A DNA stretch of 34,185 nt, filler included, from an uncultured Methanosarcinales archaeon (GCA_964385185.1; 17 parts of 17 records of this genome joined end to end with filler, not necessarily neighbours in it); one strand, 5' to 3'. Positions 1 to 7,468 are shown, numbered from the whole stretch's first letter. Notes: a model not told the origin generated them from the letters alone. A program made the numbers and translations.

Positions 1-59
1 AAATAAAATTTTGAGGGATGCCTCAAAATTTCACTTCTCATAATTCTGATGTTAAGCGA
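1..59 (+). repeat. Right half of an attC-like site (hairpin plus R' core), cut by the window start
   Basis: Perfect 11-bp stem AAATTTTGAGG(6-16)/CCTCAAAATTT(21-31), then GTTAAGC at 51-57, which fits the GTTRRRY core. GTTAAGCGA is the exact reverse complement of TCGCTTAAC at 2395-2403. Confidence 0.6.
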
Positions 60-124
60 CATATTACTCAGGAGCACTTTTTGGATTTTTTAACGGGCAG
101 GAAAATTTAGATTGCTGTCGTTCT

Positions 125-574
125 TCACAATGTTACGAACTCCGTCTTCACCTGCTTAAACGACACTAAAGATTTGATTTTGACTACACCTTTTCTAGAA
201 ATAACATTCTTTACAAAATCATAATATGCATCTTGATCTTTAACTCTGACTTTCAAAACCATCTCCCAATCACCAGTACAAATATCAATACTTTCAATCT
301 GATGGTGTTTTGCCAGATCCTTACCAATTCTTTCAGGATTCCCATACTCATCTGGAGATAAACTTATCAGAACATAAGTACAGAATCCCTCATCAATTTT
401 CTTATAATCAAATACTGCTTTATAGGTTTTAATAGCTCCCTCTTTCTCTAACTTCTTAATGTTGTAGTGGATTGTGGTGGATGGCTCTTTTATCTTTTTA
501 GCTATCCTAGCTATCTGCGGGGTACAATTGCCTTCTTTAAACAATTTAACAAGTTTCTCAGTTATATTCTTCAT
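125..574 (-). CDS. Lrp/AsnC family transcriptional regulator
   Basis: N-terminal HTH (IARIAKKIKEPSTTIHYNIKKLEKEGAIKTYKAVFD) and C-terminal RAM domain with CTGDWEMVLKV; 149 aa. Confidence 0.93.
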   Translation of the reverse strand: MKNITEKLVKLFKEGNCTPQIARIAKKIKEPSTTIHYNIKKLEKEGAIKTYKAVFDYKKIDEGFCTYVLISLSPDEYGNPERIGKDLAKHHQIESIDICTGDWEMVLKVRVKDQDAYYDFVKNVISRKGVVKIKSLVSFKQVKTEFVTL

Positions 575-578
575 ATAA

Positions 579-648
579 ATTGAATAATATTCAATAATAT
601 ATAAATTTATCGCCCAATATTCGTACTTTATTCAATCAATTATATTAA
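579..648. promoter_or_regulatory. Divergent archaeal-type promoter region with palindromic operator
   Basis: Perfect palindrome ATTGAATA-A-TATTCAAT at 579-595 and a second TATTCAAT half-site at 629-636. TATA-like TTTATATA on the minus strand (598-605) and TTATATTAA on the plus strand (640-648). Confidence 0.6.
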
Positions 649-715
649 GATGGTACCACTTCTCTTATCTGAGATAAAATGAAAAATCAATCACTAGAGG
701 CTAAGGCACAAAATT

Positions 716-1573
716 GTGCTGGTCGTCGGTATCACAAGCAAAGAAGATTTAGCTAGATTTATCACTCAAGAGCCTTTAGTTGAGACTAAGCCGTCATTGG
801 CTGGAATTTCTCAAATATCAGAAGTAAATGCGCTATACTTTGGTGTTGGTCTCTGTAATGGAGTTCCTATGCTTAGTGCAGGTCTGCCCATTGATGTTCT
901 GAGCATGATTCTTAGCGGAGAACAGCTAGATGTACCAAAACATATCTTAGTTGCAGATACTCATGCGACAACTAACGGTTTTGATGCTCAATCGGTCGAT
1001 AAATTGGCTGGGCAATACCAAGAAATGTTTCAAAGAGTCGTAGAAAATCTAGGTTTTACTGGATGGCACGTTGTAAGAGCATCGGAAATAGATCAAACTC
1101 CTACTTACAGAGATCTTCTTAGCACTATAGAAGCCTCTCACGACTACATCAGAAGAGAATTGGCAGATATGCGTTGGTTCAATCACGAACATAATGTAAA
1201 TCTCAAAGTTGGCTGGGCTCTTAACGGAAGTAAGAATTCAGATGAAACATCATTTGACCAAGAATTCCAACGTCAATTTGAGGATCCTTTAGGATTTATC
1301 TACGTGATGCCCGGCAGGACTTTTGATCCCAAGAGGCTTCGCTCTGCTCCATACTTTTGCACAAATCCGGAAGAAAGAATCTTGCTCAAAGTAGATGAAA
1401 ATGTCGCGAATAAGATAGCTTCAGCTCAGGAACAATTTGGTCAACAGGCAACAAGACCATACGAGAAATTCCTTAGTCACGTAATTAGGCTATATGACAA
1501 AACTGTAGAGAGAACAGAACGAGGACCTATTGCAGGCAGATTACAACAAGTGATAGACAGGTGTACAAAATGA
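716..1573 (+). CDS. Class Ic aaRS catalytic-domain homolog (TyrRS/CDPS-like) without HIGH or KMSKS; start uncertain (GTG 716)
   Basis: Motifs in the expected order: ALYFGVGLC, HILVADTHATTN (cf. archaeal TyrRS IILLADLHAYLN), VVRASEIDQTPTYR (cf. AlbC SLSELQETPEYR), DYIRRELAD (YxxxE of CDPS, YxxxQxxD of TyrRS), NLKVGW. Reference sequences recalled from memory. Confidence 0.6.
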   Translation: MLVVGITSKEDLARFITQEPLVETKPSLAGISQISEVNALYFGVGLCNGVPMLSAGLPIDVLSMILSGEQLDVPKHILVADTHATTNGFDAQSVDKLAGQYQEMFQRVVENLGFTGWHVVRASEIDQTPTYRDLLSTIEASHDYIRRELADMRWFNHEHNVNLKVGWALNGSKNSDETSFDQEFQRQFEDPLGFIYVMPGRTFDPKRLRSAPYFCTNPEERILLKVDENVANKIASAQEQFGQQATRPYEKFLSHVIRLYDKTVERTERGPIAGRLQQVIDRCTK

Positions 1574-2271
1574 AAGAAAAAATCTTAGGAGTAATTGGAG
1601 GACTAGGACCTGAAACAGGATGTAAGTTTTGTCTAAATGTAAACCGGAAGTTCAAACCCATTACAAAAAGACAACCTCACATTTTACTAGATAATCTTCC
1701 AATCTCCCAAGAAGCAGAAGAACGCCTGATTAATGGAGGCCCATCTCAAGAACACCTGGACTTGTTGTTAGATTCAGTAAAACGCATGAATAATCTAAAT
1801 GTAGACTTAATAGTTATTGCCTGCAATACTGTTCACATCTTTATTGATGAACTTAGAGAAAAATCAACTGTTCCTATATTGAGTATCATAGAAGAAACAG
1901 CAAAAAAATGTAAAGACATGAACATTACAAAAGTTGGCATTCTTGGCTCTACCAAAACAATCAAGTCTGAGCTTCATGCCAACGAACTTCGCAAATGGAA
2001 TATTGAATCAATAACACCTGAGGATACTAGCCAACACTTTGTAAGTGAGTGTATTCTAAGAATTATCAACAACCAAGTTAAAGATAATGATAAAATACGA
2101 ATGATAAAAATAATAAAAAAACTTGAGAAAGTGGGAGCCAGGGGGATAATTTTAGGATGTACTGAATTACCCTTGTTAATTTCAGATCAAGACGCAAACA
2201 TACCAATAATCAACACTACTGAAATCTTAGAGGATTCTTCTATAAACAATTTAATTAACAAAATCAAATAA
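1570..2271 (+). CDS. Aspartate/glutamate racemase family protein (PLP-independent)
   Basis: GVIGGLGP at the N-terminus, both catalytic Cys motifs (IACNTVH, ILGCTELP) and GILGSTKT. ATG at 1570 overlaps the upstream TGA (ATGA). Confidence 0.93.
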   Translation: MKEKILGVIGGLGPETGCKFCLNVNRKFKPITKRQPHILLDNLPISQEAEERLINGGPSQEHLDLLLDSVKRMNNLNVDLIVIACNTVHIFIDELREKSTVPILSIIEETAKKCKDMNITKVGILGSTKTIKSELHANELRKWNIESITPEDTSQHFVSECILRIINNQVKDNDKIRMIKIIKKLEKVGARGIILGCTELPLLISDQDANIPIINTTEILEDSSINNLINKIK

Positions 2272-2452
2272 ATTTTCCTGCCCTAGGAAAGTAGTATCGC
2301 CATGTGGCTCAAAGAAAAGTGCTCCTTGCGTCATACGCTGCGTTCGCTTCGCTCACTTGGGGACGCTGCGCTTTCGTCGCTACGCTCCTCACCCTCGCTT
2401 AACAGCAACTATGCGGAAAGTCCCTCAGCTCGGGACATTTCCCAAATTGTTT
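2269..2452 (+). repeat. Structured non-coding element ending in the left half of an attC-like site
   Basis: Holds the reverse complements of three blocks at the contig's left end, two GNA-triloop hairpins on the bottom strand, GCTTAAC (RYYYAAC) at 2397-2403, and the hairpin GAAAGTCCC...GGGACATTTC. The contig breaks inside it. Confidence 0.6.
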
Positions 2453-2552
2453 NNNNNNNNNNNNNNNNNNNNNNNNNNNNNNNNNNNNNNNNNNNNTTAA
2501 TTAATTAANNNNNNNNNNNNNNNNNNNNNNNNNNNNNNNNNNNNNNNNNNNN
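2453..2552. other. Artificial contig linker (N44-TTAATTAATTAA-N44), first of 16
   Basis: The same 100-nt linker, with stops in all six frames, starts at 2453, 4965, 7369, 9772, 12055, 14283, 16495, 18545, 20492, 22386, 24190, 25990, 27669, 29325, 30952 and 32576. Confidence 0.99.
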
Positions 2553-2561
2553 ACAACAGGA

Positions 2562-2882
2562 ATGTGGGTTCCAAACTACATAACATCTTTATCGGAAACA
2601 TACAATCGAATTATGGAATCTCCAAGATTAGGAAAATGGATAAATCTTAGAGCAATCAATACAGAATTTCCAGATGGCTCAGATTTCCAACGAGTACAAG
2701 GTACGATAGCCCCTTTCCAAGGAAAGTACACAAAAGGATTTTTTGTTGGTGGAGCACACCAAAGCAACGCGAATACCGGATTAGATATAGGGTATCAAAT
2801 AAAAATTGGAAATCTAAACCTATACATTGAGCATGATCGAAGCATAAAAACTACAACATGTAATGCATCAATGAAATTCTAA
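2562..2882 (+). CDS. Hypothetical protein (possibly 5'-partial)
   Basis: 106-aa ORF at the contig start with no recognisable motif. Confidence 0.5.
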   Translation: MWVPNYITSLSETYNRIMESPRLGKWINLRAINTEFPDGSDFQRVQGTIAPFQGKYTKGFFVGGAHQSNANTGLDIGYQIKIGNLNLYIEHDRSIKTTTCNASMKF

Positions 2883-2973
2883 GAAAAGGAACGGCTCCCC
2901 ATCCATAGTCGTGGGGGGTGGTTTTAGAATGTAGGAAAGACGGAGAGCCGTAAGCGTGATACTGTGTGAGTTA

Positions 2974-3375
2974 TTACTTTTTCAACTTCAAGGTAGGCTT
3001 TCTCATTTCTTGGAGCCACATAAGCCCAAGTCTAATCATTTCTTTATTGAATCGTTCTGATATTCTATATGTCTTCTTATACAAATCATAATCAATCAAT
3101 CCCATACTTTTCAAAGGTGTTAATATCCGATCGTAAAATTGTCGTTTATTATAACTTAATTTTACTCGTTTACCTCTTACTTCCTCAATTTCGGTTTCAA
3201 AGATACCGTCATGCAACTGAGTAGCAAAAAAACTCATCTCAGTTTTAGTAATTTCACCTTCATTATTTTTTATATATTCGATGAGGGCTTCACCTACAAT
3301 TTTCTGCTGTTTAGTAGCAAAGACTACCTCAAATATGTTGTCCGGTAAATTAAACCGGTCGAACAACAATACCAT
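2974..3375 (-). CDS. Conserved-looking archaeal hypothetical protein, probable winged-helix
   Basis: QFYDRILTPLKSMGLIDYD...KTYRIS resembles a recognition helix plus wing. TATA-like TTTAAATA lies about 25 nt upstream. Confidence 0.6.
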   Translation of the reverse strand: MVLLFDRFNLPDNIFEVVFATKQQKIVGEALIEYIKNNEGEITKTEMSFFATQLHDGIFETEIEEVRGKRVKLSYNKRQFYDRILTPLKSMGLIDYDLYKKTYRISERFNKEMIRLGLMWLQEMRKPTLKLKK

Positions 3376-3443
3376 AAATCACTTTAGAGGAGAACTACTA
3401 TTTAAATATTACGATTATCGTTACTAGTATACATATTCCACAA

Positions 3444-3953
3444 CTAGAACTTGCCTTTATTCACTCCACAATAATATCCAATTAGATTAGTAACAATATG
3501 CAAAGCTCCATAGATTAGGATTCCATACATCCAATATCCAATACCCACCGGCTCCAAGAGTGACAACAATAACAAACTCCCCAGAATCCAATCAATCTGA
3601 TCCCAAGGCATCCAACTTGTCCCAGGAGCCCTACCAAACTGCCTCTTCACAAAACTCTCAACTAAATCTCCCAACAAACTGCCCAATCCTAACACAAGAC
3701 CCAAAACTACAAAGCCATATTCTTCATATCCAGGAAATACTCCCATCATTCTCTCTAAATACACAACTAATACAGCCACAAGTGTTCCAACAACTAAACC
3801 CTTCCAGGTTTTATTATCTCCAAACACTCTTTTTCCCCTAAACGAACTTCCAAAATCAACAGGAGTATTAAAGAATCGAAATTTCTTAAAGATTGACAAC
3901 ACCATATTACCTAATGCAGCCGGCAATAATAAAAAAAACACTTCTATGATCAT
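3444..3953 (-). CDS. carS: CDP-archaeol synthase (DUF46/CarS family)
   Basis: LPAALGNM, PVDFG...GKRVFGDNKTWKG, GDLVESFVKRQFG, and PWDQID motifs. Confidence 0.9.
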   Translation of the reverse strand: MIIEVFFLLLPAALGNMVLSIFKKFRFFNTPVDFGSSFRGKRVFGDNKTWKGLVVGTLVAVLVVYLERMMGVFPGYEEYGFVVLGLVLGLGSLLGDLVESFVKRQFGRAPGTSWMPWDQIDWILGSLLLLSLLEPVGIGYWMYGILIYGALHIVTNLIGYYCGVNKGKF

Positions 3954-4459
3954 TTACTCACACCTCGATAATATTGAATACTAACTACCACACTGAGAAA
4001 TGCAATTAGAAAACTAACGTAGTAAAAAGTATCAATATACGAAAATAATAATAAGATAAATCCTAACAATTGAAATCCTGTAATTACTTTACCAAGAAAA
4101 AGAGATTGAAAATTCGGTTTCTTCAATTTTCCTAAGGAAACATATAACATTCCAAGCAATTCTAACCATTCTCTCAGAAAAAAGATAAGAATCATCCATA
4201 ACGAAATCTCTTTAAGAAAAATAAATCCAATAACTACAATTGCCATACCTATCTTATCACATAGTCCGTCCAGGGCCCCTCCAAAATCTGAGGATACTTC
4301 AAATTTTCTCGCCAAATAACCATCTAAAATATCTGTTACTACGGAAAGAAAAATAAGAGCAATTACAATGGCAATATTTTCATGAAAATAAAGTACAAGC
4401 AATGCAAGTATAATTCTTGAAATCGGAAAAAAGGTTATAATACTATTAATTAATTTCAT
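3950..4459 (-). CDS. CDP-alcohol phosphatidyltransferase family protein
   Basis: Signature DxxDGxxAR...GxxLDxxxD (TDILDGYLARKFEVSSDFGGALDGLCDK). ATGA overlap with carS. Confidence 0.92.
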   Translation of the reverse strand: MKLINSIITFFPISRIILALLVLYFHENIAIVIALIFLSVVTDILDGYLARKFEVSSDFGGALDGLCDKIGMAIVVIGFIFLKEISLWMILIFFLREWLELLGMLYVSLGKLKKPNFQSLFLGKVITGFQLLGFILLLFSYIDTFYYVSFLIAFLSVVVSIQYYRGVSK

Positions 4460-4800
4460 TTGTTCATTTTCCTTTTGTATTTCATCTTAGTTCTATATTC
4501 ACTGTAGGTTATCCATCCACTAACTATTAATTCACGAAGATTAAGCGATTTTTTCTTAATAACATCCTTTCCATCTAACTCAAAATATAGTTCAACAAAC
4601 CCATTATCAGCACCATTTCTCAATAAACTACTTCCTGCTCCTTGCCCTGAAAACCCAAATAAAGCAAAGTCAATAGCCAACAATATAGTACTCTTACCAG
4701 ATCCAACATCTCCTGATAATAATAAACTACCTTCTAAAAAATCAAGTTCTTGATAAACATAACTTCTAATATTCTCTAATTTTATTTTCTTAAGAAGCAT
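4456..4800 (-). pseudogene. rad50: Rad50/SbcC ATPase, N-terminal part only (truncated or chimeric)
   Basis: MLLKKIKLENIRSY, Walker A SGDVGSGKSTIL, AIDFALFG. Similarity ends near residue 85; no coiled coil or Walker B follows. Confidence 0.75.
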
Positions 4801-4963
4801 ATGTTTCCTCCATTTTTAATTCTTTCAAAATTTCCTTTATTATCCTCTCCTCAAAAATAGTATTAGTCTCTCCTTCATTCTTCTCATCATTCAAAACTTC
4901 CATTAAAGGTTTAATCAATTCATCATCAAACTCTTTCAAAACTTCTTCTTCAACATTATCCAC
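4790..4963 (-). CDS. C-terminal end of a probable Mre11/SbcD nuclease (5'-partial)
   Basis: Open frame from the contig edge (VDNVEEEVLKEF...LNDEKNEGETNTIFEERII...TYAS*) overlapping the rad50 start. The call rests mainly on position. Confidence 0.5.
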   Translation of the reverse strand: MDNVEEEVLKEFDDELIKPLMEVLNDEKNEGETNTIFEERIIKEILKELKMEETYAS

Positions 4964-5064
4964 ANNNNNNNNNNNNNNNNNNNNNNNNNNNNNNNNNNNN
5001 NNNNNNNNTTAATTAATTAANNNNNNNNNNNNNNNNNNNNNNNNNNNNNNNNNNNNNNNNNNNN

Positions 5065-5124
5065 AAGTGTAAATCCAAAGGCTAATGCGCCTAATCCTAC
5101 ATGTTTTAGTAACTTATATTTCAT
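5065..5124 (-). CDS. Start of a secreted protein (3'-partial)
   Basis: MKYKLLKHVGLGALAFGFTL begins directly after the stop of 5126-5647. Confidence 0.5.
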
Positions 5125-5125
5125 T

Positions 5126-5647
5126 TTATTTTTTTAATGCCTCTTCATATCTTTTAGATCTTTCTTCGATTCTTGTTCTGTAGTTAATTTGTTCTTTCTT
5201 AGGTTTAGCTTCTTCTATTTTTGCTTTTGTTTCTAAACTCCAAACCTTTTCTGATTCTTTCTTTGCATTATTATTAATTGTATTGTATTTTTGATTGGTT
5301 TGATTTACCTCGTTGTCGTAAACTTCTTCTGCCTTGTCAATTTGGTCTTGCATTAAACTCTCTAAACTGTAGCCTCTGTTCTCATCTCTTTCGAAAATTG
5401 TTCCATCTACTTGCGTGTATGTTAAGTCATTTAATGTTGAATCTTTTGAGCTATTATCGCTTGTTAAGAGATGTGTTCCAACAGCTAATCCTGATCCTAT
5501 TGCTATTGGGAGTATCGTTGATTTTGTTAAAGAATATAATTTAGAACCTGTCCATTTTGCTAGGTCTATTAGATAGTTGTCAAATACATTTATCTGAGTT
5601 CCACTTGATGGACTTTGTGATGCGTTTGAATCGTTTTGTTCTGCCAT
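5126..5647 (-). CDS. Hypothetical single-TM protein with charged helical C-terminus
   Basis: 173 aa with hydrophobic ILPIAIGSGLAVGTHLL; TTTATATA promoter-like element upstream. Confidence 0.65.
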   Translation of the reverse strand: MAEQNDSNASQSPSSGTQINVFDNYLIDLAKWTGSKLYSLTKSTILPIAIGSGLAVGTHLLTSDNSSKDSTLNDLTYTQVDGTIFERDENRGYSLESLMQDQIDKAEEVYDNEVNQTNQKYNTINNNAKKESEKVWSLETKAKIEEAKPKKEQINYRTRIEERSKRYEEALKK

Positions 5648-5777
5648 TTTATATTTTGTAGTAATTTTATAGTAGTAATTGGGTATATAAATGTTTCTAT
5701 TTTGATGGGTGTTTGTTGAGTTGATTAAATGAGTGGATGAAAGAAATCTTTATAAATGATAGATTGCTAAAAGGTTT

Positions 5778-6539
5778 ATGAAAAAGGTGTTTGGAAGTAG
5801 GTTGCAATCTTTGTTAATGTTATCTGTGTTGCTTTTGGTTTTGGTTCAGGCTTCTTTGGTTATTGCTCAAAAAGATGTTGGTGTTCCTGCCCCTGCTGAG
5901 ATAGTTGGGACCTCTAGTAATATTTTTGATCCAATTCGTAGTTTGTTTAGTGATTGGTCTGAGGGTAATGTGAGTCCTAATGTTGCTAAGTTTTTCTTTT
6001 TCTTTTTGCTTACTTTGTTGTTGTATTCGATTTTTGATACTACTGGTCTTGTAAATAGTCCAGGTATTAGATGGACTCTTTCGGCTGTTGTGGCCTTTTT
6101 ATCTACTGCTTTTATGGCTCAGTCGCAGGTCTGGTTATTAATTATTAGTTATGATGCGCTGGGTATGACTATATTGTCTTTGTTTCCTGTTGCTGTGCTT
6201 TGTTTTTATACATTTAGAGTTGCTTCTAGTGGTGGTCCTGGAGGGATTGTTATTCAATATGTTTCGTGGATAGTTTATTTGGTTTTTTTGATAGGATTCT
6301 TTGTTGCAGGAATGTTTAATGGAGCTGTTAGTTATTCTGATCCGTTTGCTTGGATTTATATTGTTGCTGTTGTTTTTTCTATATTAATGGTTATAGCCAA
6401 TAAACAGATAATTGAGTTTATTATTAATAAGTATATAGAGGCTCAAGGAGAAGCTGCTGGTAGGACTGCTGATCAGGTTGTTAATGCTGCTGATGCTATG
6501 AAGACTATTGCGGAAGGGCTTGGACATGGTAGAGGTTAA
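5778..6539 (+). CDS. Hypothetical multi-pass membrane protein with signal peptide
   Basis: N-terminal signal sequence and about 5 hydrophobic segments; CTTTATAAA upstream. Confidence 0.75.
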   Translation: MKKVFGSRLQSLLMLSVLLLVLVQASLVIAQKDVGVPAPAEIVGTSSNIFDPIRSLFSDWSEGNVSPNVAKFFFFFLLTLLLYSIFDTTGLVNSPGIRWTLSAVVAFLSTAFMAQSQVWLLIISYDALGMTILSLFPVAVLCFYTFRVASSGGPGGIVIQYVSWIVYLVFLIGFFVAGMFNGAVSYSDPFAWIYIVAVVFSILMVIANKQIIEFIINKYIEAQGEAAGRTADQVVNAADAMKTIAEGLGHGRG

Positions 6540-6570
6540 ATCTTAAATACTTGTTTTTTGTTAGATTATT

Positions 6571-7278
6571 ATGAAAAAAGAGTTTTTGTTTGTTGTGCTA
6601 TTATTGGTTTTGTTTAATGTAATCTTTGTAATTTCTCAGGAGGGGCTTGAGAATGTTCCTGGGGGCAAGGCTTTAGGAGGAATTGAGGTTAATGAAGATA
6701 CTGGCCAGATAAAGCAGATTGAGGATATTAGGGAAGGAGTAGATAAATCTAGATCTCAGAATAGTAGTTATCTTTGGGAACAATGGAAGGCTATGCCTGT
6801 AGTGGGTCCTTTTATAGTTCTTCTTTCGTATGTTGGTTCTTTCATTGAGGGTGTTTTTTCTTTCTTGGATCCGGTCTGGAATCTAATATTTCAGAGTGAG
6901 TATGTAAAGAATTTTGCATTTTTTGTTAGGTTGGTTATATTTGTACTCTTGATTGCGGTGTTGTATTTTCCTTGTCGAGAGATGTTAAGAAGTCCTGTTC
7001 TAGGATTTTTGGCATCTCTAATTATTTCTATGATTATAGGGATAGCAGGGACTATTAATAGGGTGGGAGTTTTTGCAGATGCATTTACATTTAATATATG
7101 GACATTTTTTATGTTACTTTTAATATTGTTATTATTGTTTGTCGTTTATTCTTACTTTATGAAGCGTTTTAGAAAAAAGGCTGAAAAGATTCATTTGGGA
7201 AGATCTGATAAAGAGAGAGTGACTGCTGGTGATGCTTCTCGTAAACTTCTTTGGGGATTGGGTAGATCTACTGGTTAG
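6571..7278 (+). CDS. Hypothetical multi-pass membrane protein with signal peptide
   Basis: Signal sequence plus 3-4 TM segments; CTTAAATA upstream. Confidence 0.75.
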   Translation: MKKEFLFVVLLLVLFNVIFVISQEGLENVPGGKALGGIEVNEDTGQIKQIEDIREGVDKSRSQNSSYLWEQWKAMPVVGPFIVLLSYVGSFIEGVFSFLDPVWNLIFQSEYVKNFAFFVRLVIFVLLIAVLYFPCREMLRSPVLGFLASLIISMIIGIAGTINRVGVFADAFTFNIWTFFMLLLILLLLFVVYSYFMKRFRKKAEKIHLGRSDKERVTAGDASRKLLWGLGRSTG

Positions 7279-7468
7279 TCATTTTGTTAAGTGATGCCTA
7301 AAATTCATCGGAGTGTTGATGATCTTTTTTAATTTCTTGTTCCAATGCCAAATGAATTACTTAAGTCTNNNNNNNNNNNNNNNNNNNNNNNNNNNNNNNN
7401 NNNNNNNNNNNNTTAATTAATTAANNNNNNNNNNNNNNNNNNNNNNNNNNNNNNNNNNNNNNNNNNNN

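Noticed and set aside
716..1573. A genuine tyrosyl- or tryptophanyl-tRNA synthetase
   Set aside because: No HIGH or KMSKS motif is visible, YxxxQ is YxxxE, and the gene sits in an accessory regulated module.
2302..2508. 68-aa ORF (LRSLRSL...)
   Set aside because: It is a translation of the hairpin-rich non-coding element and runs into the linker.
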